Positions 39,707 through 52,705 of a DNA stretch of 64,000 bases are shown here, piece after piece. This DNA comes from Takakia lepidozioides. Lineage: Eukaryota > Plantae > Bryophyta. The stretch is from NCBI GenBank assembly GCA_030704615.1, contig CM060731.1, positions 63,736,001 to 63,800,000 of the forward strand. Direction: 5' to 3'. Numbering within the stretch: position 1 is the first letter of the stretch; the number at the start of each line of letters is the position of its first letter. Position numbers and translations under genes: made by a program. Below the pieces are notes generated by a model. The model did no database searches and was not told the origin of the DNA. It saw nothing but the letters and a program-made list of their open reading frames with translations.

Positions 39707-42307
39707 TCACCAGTAATCCCTGCAAGAACAAACCCCGTTTTGGAAGTGGTGAAAGCGGTTGGCATCCCGTACAACAATTGCTCGCCCAACTATCTTTGAG
39801 ATAAACTTGGTAGCCGTGTGGCAGTCACCACACACTCGAAGGTTCTTGATAATTCGGATAGGAGTACCAGGGGATGTGCTGATGAGCCCAAAACCAATCG
39901 CCAGCTTCTCACTGTGGTGGCAAAGAGAAAATTCCTTTTGCTTCTCCTCCACATCATGCAATACGAAGTGAATGTCAGGCACGTACCCGGCCTCCTTCAT
40001 CTGCCCATACAAGCTCTCCAGCACAGCATGTATTTCCTCTATCTGTGGATGTGATGTGTCATCTACAACAAACGTATGGACTTGATTGTCAACCTCAATG
40101 CAAGAGCCACCTGGCTCCTTTCTGATCCTTCTCTTCTTCATCATGTTCCTAACCCTTGCAGCATCCTCCCACCTGCCAGCCGCCGCATAGATGTTTGATA
40201 GCAGCACATAAGTAGCAGCATGCTGAGGATCCCACTTGAGAAGCCATTTTGCTGCACGTTCTGCCAGCTTTACATTGCCATGTATTCTGCAGGCCCCAAG
40301 CAAGGCCCCCCACACTGCAGCACCTGGTTCAATTGGCATTATATTGATGAATTCTTCTGCCTCATCCAAGTGACTTGCACGGCCAAGAAGGTCCACTATG
40401 CAGCCAAAATGCTCTACCGTAGGAGTGAGATCATAATCCCTACTCATGGAATAAAAGTAGTGACAGCCTTCATCCACTAGGCCCACATGGCTACATGCAG
40501 AGAGAATGCATACAAAGGTGATACCATCCGGCTTCAAGCCTTCCTCCAGCATTTGTTTGAATAGTTGTAGGGCCTCCATGGCACACCCATGCTGAGCATA
40601 TCCTGCAATCATCCCGTTCCATGAAACCAGATCTCGCGTAGCCATATCCTCAAACACCTGACGTGCCTCTGTTATGTTCCCACATTTGGCCAACATGTTG
40701 ACAAGGGCAGTCTCCAGAATGACATCTAGCACAATTTCAGCTTTGATGATGTCAGCATAGACCTCTCTGCCTCTATGGAAGGATGCCAGGCTGGCACACG
40801 CATTGAGAACACAAACAAATGTGACCTGTTTGGGCATTGTGCCTTCCCATATCATATTCTCGTAGGTGTCAAAAGCCTCCTTACCACACCCTTGTTGAGC
40901 ATAACCTGCAAGCATTGCATTCCATGTCACCACGTTTGGCTTCACGCCTTCCTGTTTCATCCGTTCAAGTAGTCTCAGGGCCTCACTACCACCCCCGTGC
41001 TGAGCATATCCTGTTATCATCACATTCCATGAAATCACATCTCGCCGAGTCATATAGTCAAACATTTGACGTGCTTTGCTTATGTTCCCACATTTGGCAT
41101 ACATATTGACCAGTGTATTCTCCAGAATAATATCTGGAACAATCCCCACTTCCACGATGTGATTGTGGACCTCTATACCTTTTCCCAGAGTTGCCAGACT
41201 GGAACAGGCATTGAGAGAAGAAATGAAGGTGACCCTATTGGGTGTCACCCCATCTCTTATCATTTGCTCGTACATCTCAAAAGCCTCCCTACCATACCCA
41301 TGCTGAGCATATCCTGTGATCATCACACTCCATGAAACCACATTTCGTTGAGCCATACTATCAAACATCGACCGTGCTTTGTTTATGCTCCCACATTTCG
41401 CATACATATTAACAAGGGCAGTAGCCAGTGCAATATCTGGAACAATTCCAGCTTTGACAATGTCACCATGGACCTCTATGCCCTTATCCAGGGCTACAAG
41501 GCTGGCACATGCACTCAGAACACAAATGAACGTGACCTTGTTGGGGGCAAACCCTTCCCATATCATTCGCTTGTACATCTTAAGCGCCTCCTTACCAAAT
41601 CCACTCTGAGCATATCCTGTGATCATGGCATTCCATGACACCACACTGGGCTTCCAGCCTTCCTTTTGCATCTGTCCAAATAGGTGCAGGGCCTCCATGA
41701 CACATCCATGCTGAGCATATCCTGCAATGATTGCACTCCATGAGACCAGATTTCTCTCAGCCATCTTATCGAACACTTGACGGGCATCACGTATGCTCCC
41801 GCACTTGGCATACATGTTAACAAGGGCTGTCTCCAGCATGATATCTGGGGCAATACCAGCCTTGATGATATCAACATGTACCTCTTTGCCCTTTTCCAGG
41901 ACTGCCAGGCTGGCACATGCCTTGAGCATACAAATGAATGTGACCCTGTTGGGCACCAATCCTTCCCATATCAATTGCTCATAGATCTCAAAGGCATCCC
42001 TGCCATAACCATGCTTAGCATAACCTGCAATCATTATATTCCAGGTACATATATCTCGCTCGGGCATTTTGTTAAACACTAGGCGTGCATCCAGCATTTT
42101 CCTGCACTTGGTATACATGTTGAGGAGGGTGTTATGCTGGAAGATGTCTGGCTTGAATCCAGTTTGGATAATGTGGGCGTGCAGCTCCTTTCCCTGTGCT
42201 AGTCTTTCCATATTGATGCACTCTTTCAAGAGACAAACGTAAGTTTTGGAGTCTGCTGGAATGCCTCCATGATACAATATGTGTAGTGCCTCTTCGCAGA
42301 CAGAATA
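39707..42307 (-). CDS. PLS-class pentatricopeptide repeat protein with E and DYW deaminase domains (organellar C-to-U editing factor type); N-terminus disrupted
   Basis: 856-codon open frame of P-L-S repeats, PG box (KEPGGSCIEV), HSEKLA, LRVCGDCH, ending CSCRDYW*. An in-frame TGA lies at 42308-42310 and the first in-frame ATG is at 42211. Confidence 0.93.
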   Translation of the reverse strand, partial: YSVCEEALHILYHGGIPADSKTYVCLLKECINMERLAQGKELHAHIIQTGFKPDIFQHNTLLNMYTKCRKMLDARLVFNKMPERDICTWNIMIAGYAKHGYGRDAFEIYEQLIWEGLVPNRVTFICMLKACASLAVLEKGKEVHVDIIKAGIAPDIMLETALVNMYAKCGSIRDARQVFDKMAERNLVSWSAIIAGYAQHGCVMEALHLFGQMQKEGWKPSVVSWNAMITGYAQSGFGKEALKMYKRMIWEGFAPNKVTFICVLSACASLVALDKGIEVHGDIVKAGIVPDIALATALVNMYAKCGSINKARSMFDSMAQRNVVSWSVMITGYAQHGYGREAFEMYEQMIRDGVTPNRVTFISSLNACSSLATLGKGIEVHNHIVEVGIVPDIILENTLVNMYAKCGNISKARQMFDYMTRRDVISWNVMITGYAQHGGGSEALRLLERMKQEGVKPNVVTWNAMLAGYAQQGCGKEAFDTYENMIWEGTMPKQVTFVCVLNACASLASFHRGREVYADIIKAEIVLDVILETALVNMLAKCGNITEARQVFEDMATRDLVSWNGMIAGYAQHGCAMEALQLFKQMLEEGLKPDGITFVCILSACSHVGLVDEGCHYFYSMSRDYDLTPTVEHFGCIVDLLGRASHLDEAEEFINIMPIEPGAAVWGALLGACRIHGNVKLAERAAKWLLKWDPQHAATYVLLSNIYAAAGRWEDAARVRNMMKKRRIRKEPGGSCIEVDNQVHTFVVDDTSHPQIEEIHAVLESLYGQMKEAGYVPDIHFVLHDVEEKQKEFSLCHHSEKLAIGFGLISTSPGTPIRIIKNLRVCGDCHTATKFISKIVGRAIVVRDANRFHHFQNGVCSCRDYW

Positions 42308-45300
42308 TCAGGGCGTACCTGTGGATGGTAAGCCTGTGAAGCGGCCAAACTCGCGCTCAATGTCAATTGTGAGCACGGGACTTGAGTCCCCACGTGGCAC
42401 TCTATACAGGGATAGCCTGAGAAATCTTCTGTTGTCCCGCCTTACATAGCATCCCCACGAGTGCAAGAAGGGGCTTTGTGGACACCCTATCTTTCAAAAG
42501 CAATGGTCATGGTAAAGCTGCATGGTTCAAACAACCATTCTTGTGCTGCTTCCAATTGACCATCTCCTCATGCAGGTTTCATGTAGATATTCATCCACAG
42601 TGCTTGGTTGGTCTTGTTGACCTTGAAACCCCATCCTTTGGGATTGACCTCCTCTGGAACTCCATTCCAGCCTCCTTCGGCAATCCCTGCCTCCACAACA
42701 AGAATTTGATAGTTTAGCTCCCTACCATGTCCAAAACACGTGGACGGGAGCTGTGTATCAACAAGGTGCAAGTAAGAAGGCATACGACACAAAGCACAGG
42801 CCATCAGTGTCAGATTCCTTAGGGTGGAGAGGAGTTCTGTTTTGCACAATTCCTGATTTACGAAATAGAAGGACCCTATGAGCCATGTGTGTGCAGTCCT
42901 CTATCACCTGTCTCCTTTGTTGGGCATAGTCTCTGGTTATCTTCACATACACTTGCCTGACTCAGCTATGTGTCAACACAACATTTGACTAATTCCGGGA
43001 ACCAATTGTCACGAGTATCATGTGTAAAGACCAAGGTAATGGGTGGGTATCTCTTTCTTCGACTTCATCTTCACCACTCACATTATGTTTGAAGGAGAGT
43101 GTGCCAAACAATCTCATCATTAGGATATCCTGGAAACAGATGAACCAAAACTGAGTGGTCTTGAGGTGATTGTGTTACCCCCTCCCCTCAATGATCACCA
43201 TCGATGACAAGGTGTCAGTTGGAATTGCAGTATAGCTCAGCTACCAGCTCATATAAAGATCCTTCAACACTCATATAAAGTTCCATAAGCACAAACATGT
43301 GCTGCAACCAACTAGCCATCCAACGGAGTTGCGGAGGTTCCTCAGACTGCCTTCAATCACAACGAAGTGAGTGACGTCGCTCATGAAGCAGACAGCCTAT
43401 CTAACTAGATTGACCATTCAGACAGAAGCGGTTGAGCGGGGTACCTAAACCCAAAGCCATAACCACAGAATTGGGTTACATATACAGGTGGAACCCACAA
43501 CAGGCTACCATCCTTTCAGTGGAACTGATCAACCACTGGATGCTGACAACATGATCTTGCCTGTTGACAGAGTAATTCGGCTCGAGGTTACATAACTAAG
43601 AGTGTCAGCAGTCACTGATGTAAGACAAGACTAATGCCAGGTTGTCTTCAATACAGAATGATTCAGAATGCACAATCTGACAAACCATTCCTGCCAAGAC
43701 TTGGGTGAGTACTACTCTTTGAAAGGTGCAAAACTAATGTTGTCAGCATATCTATGGTGCCTAAAAAGAGAGCCATGTGGTACTGCCATGGTGTCCATCC
43801 AATCCACGTGCTTAGTTTGCGCAATAAAAGTGCTGCAGGCACTTCAAGTCAACAATACCAGATTCAATTGTAATTCTTCAGGTAAGGAAATAAGGGCTAC
43901 AATAACCCTCTCACAACAAGAGTGCAACCAACCCACAGTTCACAAACAGGTGGGTACAACAGCTTACCTCGCATCACTAAAGCATCTGTTAAAACCAGGC
44001 ATTACCTGAGGTGGATAACCTCTCACAAATTTACGCAATCCATTATCTCCATAGCTGTCGCCTTCTTTGTGGTTCTCAAGCACACCTGCTGCCCGGTCAT
44101 CCTTGTTGATTCTTCAGATGATGCACATGGGATCACACCACAAGCTATAAATAAGTGTCATACATCCATATTTGTTGAATTAGATACAACTGACAAAGAA
44201 CTTGGCCACACAGCATATCAAGGGAATTGCCTCCTCCTTCAGTATACGTGTGCATGAGATAGAGAGCCAACCTGACGTCGGGGTTGATGGCAAGATTGCG
44301 TGCCACAGCAAAGCCAGTTAAGCCAACAGCTGCTCCTAGTGAAAGGAACAGTGGATAAATCTGTTAACCATCCCCACCATTTCCTTCCACTCAGATTGGC
44401 ACCATTCAAGTCTTGTCACACAACGTCAGCAACACCAATCAGGGGGTTTCTAAGCTTTAAACCTCAGCTAGTACCTTTGACATTTCTTTTAACATTTCCT
44501 GAGGAGAAAAAGGATAGACAAGGTGTGGAGAAGGAACCATGCAGCTTCTAACAATGCTGTGGCTTGAAAACCTTCGCACACTCGACAACTACCATGCGGT
44601 TATAGAAATGGGTCTAACCATGCAGATAGCCTCTCATGATCCTTTAAGTGATGTGCAAAAGAAGAAAACAGAGCTGACAATAATATCTCTGTCTGTACTA
44701 CTCAATGTCTACCCCTCACAAGTCAATATCCATTACTATCGAGTCCAGGATAACGAATGAATATATTAGTGCTCGCAGAAAGAGTGCCTGGAATCCAAGC
44801 GTCTGCAGGGAAGTTCGATCCCCAAACAGGACTGGCAGTTGAATTCAATTAGATGAGACACACGACTGCCCAATTCAGCTCAAGATTCTGCCAATACAAA
44901 AAACAAAGCTCGTGAGAAGTAGCTTCTCAAGTCACAAATCTCTCAAAATACCTCCGGCTTCATCCAACGCTTCGACCACGACATTTGAGCCATGGAAACC
45001 GGCCGGATTCAGATGAAAATCCCTCCACCCAGATCCAGATCAAATCGGCCTGCTCCTCGACGTCTCAACTCTCTGTCCCTCTTCTCGACAAGGCCCAGCA
45101 CCAACGTCATCCTTCACAAACAGCCAGGCCCGCCCGGGTCTTTCGGATGCCGTGTCCTGGCTAAACTCTCAACAGGGTTTTAGCCCCAAGATACAAATAA
45201 ATGACTGATTGACCCCCAAAAAACAAAAATGACTGAATGGATTTTTATTTAAAAATAAATTGAATGAAAGTTTTGAGGGCTACTATCCCCTCTTAAGAAA

Positions 45301-46185
45301 AATAGACCAGTGTTGGGCAAATATAGAGTCATGGGGATATCAACAGCAGGATATCAACCCGGATATCAATGTATCCGGACCCGGATGATCACCATACATC
45401 TTGTAGGACTTGAGGGAATAGACCTTCCAAGACTTAGGAAGCTTCAACCAAATCCTCTAAGTTCACCGTCTTTGTGGGTAGTTTATATTTTAGGGTGTGC
45501 AAAACAAAATTTGGAATGCAACAAACTTGCTATTTTCACTAGCAAATATCATACTATCGACTTGCAAAGCAGTATGATTGTCATGCTGACATATATTTTT
45601 GCTCTATGCTTGACTACGACAAATTTACAATGACATCCCTTCTCTCCCATTATGGGATATTGCATGTTTTCCTTCCTACACTTAATTGTAGGCACACTCT
45701 CCTTTTTCTCATGAAGATGCTACGTCCAAATCAGACTCTGATCAACAGCGTGTAGAATAATATCATTGAATTGATGGATGAAGTGTGTGCATCGTTGTGA
45801 GGATTGAGGTTGTTGACGGTAGGATTGCGCGTTATAATTGTTTGTAGAGTCTTTTTTTTTAATTAGTACTCTTTGAAGAATTTGATACCACAAATGGTGT
45901 ATATTGCTGCTGATATGAGACAACAAGGCTCAAGCCAAAATTAGGTTTATGCTTAAATGTCATCCTAAATCTGAGGGGGTTGGTATCCCATGAGCACAAC
46001 CCACCGTCATGGGAGTTTTATGTTTTTTTAACCTCAGTCATAGGAGTTATATGTTCCCAAAACGGAAAAAACCATAAGCGGGTATAGAGGATCGGTGCAT
46101 GGATACGATACATCTACACCAATTCAGCGAGGCGAAAACTTCAGTAGTGTTGCCAAAAACCCTAAACTTATAGCGGCAGCGACGA

Positions 46186-46610
46186 GTTTTGCATTGAAAA
46201 AGACTTGGTGATATGGCCACAAACCTATGCAGCGGTGGGTTTCGCATTGAGAAACCCTTACTGGTATTTGAGAAAGACTTGGTGATATGGCCACAAAAGC
46301 GGTGGGTTTCGCATTGAGAAACCTTGACTAGTATTTGAGAAAGATTTGGTGATATGGCCACAAACCTATGCAGCGGTGGGTTTCGCATTGAGAAACCCTT
46401 ACTGTATTTGCGAAAGACTTGGTGATATGGGCACAAACCTGTGCAACAGTGGGTTTCGCATTGAGAAACCATGAGACCCATGGTGCAACGTTTTGCATTT
46501 CATTTCATTACTAAAGATGTCCACTTTCCTTACTGGTATTTGAGAAAGACTTGGTCATATAGGCACAAACCTATGCAGCGGTGCGTTTTGCATTGAGAAA
46601 CCCTTACTAA
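46186..46610. repeat. Tandem minisatellite, ~60-75 bp unit, about 5-6 copies
   Basis: gtttcgcattgagaaacccttactggtatttgagaaagacttggtgatatggccacaaacctatgcagcggtgg repeated. Confidence 0.88.
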
Positions 46611-46761
46611 TATAGCTTGAGTCGAAACTTTCTATACGATATCCCATCACCCAACAATCCCACATCCAATTCAGGCCGGTTGGTACAAAGTTTCGCCGCG
46701 CGAAATTACCCTTGAGTACGATTTCTTCTCAGGCCTATTATGGAGAAAAAGCCACGTCGTC

Positions 46762-49700
46762 AGTACCAGCCCCAAGTGTAATATCTTTTGCAATCTGTAT
46801 GACTAGCAGCTTTGGAGCAATGTTCTAATCATCTTTATGCTTTTACTATGATGTAGATGCAGCCAGCCTACTAATTAACACCCAGTTCCACGTAATCGGA
46901 TTGTCTTCACGACCGTAATTTGAAGCCCCGAGCACGAAAAGTTGGGCCGAGTCTCATTTACCAAGGTGTTCGCTAAAGTCGTCATGACTAGTCCAGTGCG
47001 GAGCCACGCGAAGCCATATCATATTTTGTAGTATAATGATTGTAACAAGGAAATGTCGTTGCCTCAGGGACCTATGGTACGTGACTACTCCAGGCTTGTG
47101 GGTTTGGAATTCAAACCTCGTACCATATCACCGGGATAGATGTGATATTTTCTTCTTATAATTGTTGTACCATACCACAAAGATAAAGAAAATTTCATAT
47201 GGTACGTGTACATATCAAAGTCACAAAGGAGGATAAATAAATGTAGATGTCCGCCCATTAATGAATACTTCTAAAATTGATTTTGGTTTTGTGGTGAGCA
47301 CGTTTCAATTCATGTATTACGATGTTATATATGGCTAACAGCTGATGATGAATACTCATTTCCAAACTTTTTACTTTTTATCTATTTTTTGTACACTCTA
47401 GAATATAGATATATTAATTGATTACAAATATACATCGATGAACTCTATAATAGATAGAGTTTGTAAGAATAGGAAGACTGATCTTACAAACCAAGCGTAA
47501 CTTATGAGGCCCTTTTATCCCCCGAGGACCACCATGTTTAACTTTGAATCCAACACATTTTCTTCGATATTGTTCACTGAAGTACTCGTCAAGTTCGGCT
47601 AGCACATTTTGTGGTACAATAACTGTAATAAGCAAAGGTCATTGTTTGGGTGGTATGATATGTTACTCGACGATATGTCTTACCATATCACCAAGATAAA
47701 GACATTTTCTTCCATAATTATTGTACCATACCACCAAGGTAAAGAAAATTTTCATATCAAGTACACACTAGGGTAGCCTGTGCCATTGGCCCAAGTGCAA
47801 TCTCCTATGTATGCAAGTGCGTCTTCTATGTCGAGGCCCAAGTGCGACCTCATCTAAGTCCAAATGCATTTATTTTCCACAGAGCCTACGACCAGACTTC
47901 AACCGGAGACCTTTCCCTTGATATCTCTCCTCTCGAGGCTCCAACCATTGTCCCATGAATTCCCATTTTGCTATTTTTTGGGAGTTTCCAGCGACCCAAA
48001 GTACTTAAAATTCCAAATCTCCCACGTGAAGGGCCAATCACTGCTCCATGAAAGTCCATTTTGCTATTTTTTCCGAATTTCCACGGCCCAAAGTACTAAA
48101 AATTCCACATCTCCCACACCGCGGGTCCAAAAATCATGAGACTAAGCCGGTGCACCCCTCTTCATCGAGGGCTTTCCAACGGCACCAAGCACCAGGGCTG
48201 GGGCCTGCGGTTTGGGAGATCTCAACTACGCTACAAACAAAAACAAACAAAACAAAACAAAACATCTCAATTCATATATTGATTGGCAAAGTCACGGAGG
48301 AAGATGAAATGACGAGGATGGGAATGAAACGATGGCTGAATGAGCATAAATAAATGGAAAAATGTATGTTTGTCGTTCTCTTTTGGATGAAAGGACGCGT
48401 ATCGCAGAGTTCTTGAGAAATAGACCTCAAAAAACAGAAAAAACAGACAACTTCCCGAACAGTCACGTAGGCTAGTACCTTTCTCGTGCTCGGAACTATT
48501 CGCATTGAAGTTGCCCAGTCAAATCTTGGCCATATTCTTGTTTTCTCTTGTTTGACAGGCTCTTTGAGCTCTCGGCTGCAATCGCAGTATGTTGTGCTAG
48601 AACACGTCACATATTGGATTCTTTGGTGGTCGTCTATGAGCTCTGTTTAGCCACCTCTCATCTTCTAATATTCTTGAATGTTTGCAGGTGGTTTATTGAG
48701 AGTGCATTAGGACTGTGGATACACTCAAATTGAACTTTGAATCCATCACATTCTCTTGGATATTGTTCACTAAAATCGTCATGACTAGGAGGCCGGAGCC
48801 ACGCGAAGCCATAACATATTTTGTAGTACAATAATTGTAAAGAAAGGTGGCAACGTCTTGGTGACCCATGATACGTGACTAGTCCACAACCTATGGGTTT
48901 GGGAATTCAAACCTCGTACCATCTCACCGAGACGTTGACGCTTTTTTCTTATAATTGTTGTACCATACCACCAAGATAAAGAAAATTTCATAATGTGTAA
49001 ACATCAAAGTCACGGAGGAGGATAGTTCATAGATGTAGATGCCCGCCCATTGACAAATAGCCAATTCTATCCAGTAATCAGATTGTACCCTTCATGTGAC
49101 CGTTTGAAGCCCTAAGCATGAAAATTTGGACCGGGTCTCATTTATCAAAGTGGGTTGGTACCCAAAACTAGTTTTGTACACAACGTTATATATAGCTTTG
49201 TATTTGCTAGCGTTGTTTGGCAAATTATACACATCCACAACTTCTATAATAGATAGACTAAAAAAATACGGCCACCACATGGAGTCCACAAACCAAACAA
49301 ATTCCCATTCATCCCTAGAGGAATTCAGAGCAAAACAACATAAAACTTTATTGTGAAGGTCTTATTATGTGCATCTTGTGTAGTGGTACGCCTGAAACAT
49401 ATATACATCTTTCTTCTACACCTGCTTTTGTTGGATGATTAGTTGACATTAATACATGAAGGTGTCTAAGAAGATTGTAGGCTGAAAATTGGCATCCGCG
49501 CTTTGAAAAACGGTCAGTCGATCTGTTATGGAGGCTTCTGTAAAGTGTCGATGTCAGCTCGGGGGATCCACTTCCAAAAATTACCACCTAACGTGCAAAA
49601 AAATATTAGGTGTCATATATTCTGTACAAGTAAAAATTAGAACATTTTTCAGAGTAATATTGGGTATGAGAAATATAGGCGGGATCATTTAAATGAATAT

Positions 49701-52059
49701 AGGGTAGAGGTTAAAGGCTCCAATTACATTTTATTTATAATTACTCATAGGGTGGAGGTATTTTTGAAAGACATTTGTTAAGCAGGGTCTAAGCATGGTA
49801 GAGGTAGGCCAAAAAATACTATCACATACGAGTTTTCATAGACTGAGGTCTTCAAACTACTAGAGTGAAATTTAGGCTCGTATTGAACTTCTTCTTAAAT
49901 TGCTTTGGAGAGAATGATGATGTTGTAAGGAAAACAGACTAGTTTCTCAATCTTCAAATGGGTGTGTAACTATGACTTACGATAGATGTCAGAATGTATA
50001 CATCCTCGCTGATGTCGATAGTGACGCTCTAGATGAGTTCAAGTTTCTAGCAAGTAATGATATATAAAATGTAAATTTGTATGAAAATATAAAACGCAAG
50101 TTTTTGCTTTGTAAATTTAAAAAAAAATTGTATTAATATAGCATATTAAATATTCATGGTTGCCAAATATTTAAAAAAAATAGCCTACTGAAAACAATTA
50201 TATAATTATAGGGTGAAGAAAAAATAAAAATAAATTGAATGGATACCCCCCAGGAAAATACCATTTTATCTCACGTGTCTACCAAAATGATCAGGAGTGG
50301 CCCTCCCCAGGATGTATGATGCTATCCCATTTTGGTTACCATCGATCCTTTTCAAAGTAAGTGAAGTTCTCGATCTGTTTTAATTTTGTATTCCCTGCCC
50401 AAAGTCTCTTTTTTCGTCCCCTGAATCATTAGTACCAGCCACATGTGTAATATCTTTTGCAATTTGTATGACTAGCAGCTTTGGAGCAATGTTGTAATCA
50501 TCTTTATGCTTTTACTATGATGTAGATGTAGCCAGCCTACTACTTAACACCCAGTTCCACGTAATCGGATTGCCTTCACGACCGTAATTTGAAGCCCTGA
50601 GCACGAAAAGTTGGGCCGAGTCTCTTTTTACCAAGGTATTCGCTGAAGTCGTCATGACTAGTCCAGTGCGAAGCCACGTGAAGTCATATCATATTTTGTA
50701 GTATAATGATTGTAACAAGGAAATGTCATTGCCTCGGTGACCTATGGTACGTGACTACTCCACGGCCTGTGGGTTTGAGAATTCAAACCTCGTACCATAT
50801 CACCGGGACAGATGTGATATTTTCTTCTTAATTGTTGTATCATACCACGAAGATAAAGAAAATTTCATATTGTACGTGTACACATCAAAGTCACGAAGGA
50901 GGATGAAATAGATGTAGATGCCCGCCCATTAATGAACACCCAGTTCCATCTAGTGATCAGATTGTACTCTTCATGTGACCGACATTTGAAGCCACAAGCA
51001 TAAAAACATGGACGGGGTCTCATTTATTAGGGTGGGCTGGCACCCAAAACTAGCTTTGTAAAAGGGTCGGTATCTCACATATGGTACTACTATTACTTTA
51101 TTTTTCCATATACTAATCAAATATGATAGTTTGTAGAGCATGTTTAAGTGTATAGTAAAGGGAAAACAAAGTAAACTACGTGTGATTGGACAGGAAGAAT
51201 TATTATAAATGCTCATGAAGGCATATTCAATGCAAAATCGTTAGAATACTTCTAAAAATGATTTTGGTTTCGTGGTGAGCACGTTTAAATTCATGCATTA
51301 CGATGTTGTATATGGCTAACAGCTAATGATGAATACTCCTTTCCAAACTTTTTGCTTTTTATCTATTTTTTGTACACTCTAAAATATAGATCTATTAATT
51401 TCTTACAAATATACGTCGAAGAACTTTATAATAGATAGAGTTTGTAAGAATAGGAAGACTGATTTTGCAAACCAAGCGTAATTTATGGGGCCCTTTTATC
51501 CCCCGAGGACCACCATGTTGAACTTTGAATCCAACACATTTTCTTAGATATTGTTCACTGAAGTACTCGTCTCTAGGATCAGTGCGGAGCAACGGGAAGC
51601 CCGGCTAGCACATTTTGTGGTACAATAATTGTAATAAAAAAATGTCATTGTTTTGGTGGTATGATAAGTTACTCGACGACATGTCTTACCATATCGCCAA
51701 GACAGTGACATTTTCTTCTCATAATTGTTGTACCATACCACCAAGGTAAAGAAAATTTTCATATCAAGTATACATTGGCAAATTCACAGAGGAGGATGAA
51801 ATGACGAGGATGGGATATGAAACGATGGCTGAATGAGCAGAAATAAAAAGGAAAAATGTATGTTTGTCATTCTTTTTTGGATGAAAGGACGCGTATCGCA
51901 GAGTTCTTGAGAAATAGACCTCAAAAACAGAAAAAACGGACAACTTCCCGAACAGTCACGTAGGCTTGTACCCTTCTCGTGCTCGGAACTACGCATTGAA
52001 GGTGCCCAGTCAAATCTTGGCCATATTCTTGTTTTCTCTTGTTTGACAGGCTCTTTGAG
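46762..52059. repeat. Duplicated AT-rich repeat block (copy A ~46762-48570, partial ~48735-49180, copy B ~50431-52059)
   Basis: Long near-identical stretches, and paired ORF-track peptides (EYFSEQY.RKCVGFKV.HGGPRGIKG.., LKEPVKQEKTRIWPRFDW..). Copy A carries an extra insertion at ~47768-48281. Confidence 0.85.
47768..47900 (-). repeat. Uninterrupted copy of the small repeat that hosts the hAT-like element at 10730-12135
   Basis: Reverse complement matches tctggtcgtaggctctgtgg...gcacttgggcctc...caggctaccctag. Confidence 0.75.
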
Positions 52060-52705
52060 TTGCACGTCGGCCATCCCCTGACTGCCACTCCGGCCTATAT
52101 GGCGCCATTTTCTCCCAAAAGTCCAGAGTAAATCCCATTGGGTATAACACACCCCACCAACAAGCACATCATAGGACATCGCGTCCGTAACAATGGCTTT
52201 AGCTCTCATGATTGAGCCATCCGTAGGATGATCTGGCTGCAATCAAATGAAGAGCTCATGGCGTGTAATCCCTCACGCCTTCTCTGAACCACCCAAAGAT
52301 GTTTTGAATTTGGAAAGGGCAAGGCTCCACGTCCGTCTTTGTAAGGCCCAAGCCTGCAATTGCTGCTCTCCCCAACATCAATGGTTGTGCTCCCGAGTCC
52401 AGCAAGACCCACAGTGGCCTATATCTCCTCCCGGTTGGGCCACCCAATTGAAACACTTCATCCTGATTGTCCACCAAGACTACCCCATGAGTCACCATGC
52501 TGCGCTCAATGGCTGACCTAGCTGGCAACTTCTACAACCTTGCAGCTGCCGCTTGCCATGGCGCAGCTGTGGCTGACTTCACCCTCGAATCCAAAGCATC
52601 CATAGACTGCACCTTATCTGCTATCTCTGCAGATAGTGTCGATGCATCACCACTCTCAGAGAGTCTAGCTGCTAGTCTGAACACAGCAGCTGGCCGAATC
52701 CCTGT
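52057..52705 (-). mobile_element. Decayed, inverted Gypsy fragment (aspartic protease region) homologous to 58330-58975
   Basis: MVTHGVVLVDNQ...YRPLWVLLDSGAQPLMLGRAAIAGLGL and QPDHPTDGSIMRAKAIVTDAMSYDVLVGG parallel the main element. Confidence 0.88.
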
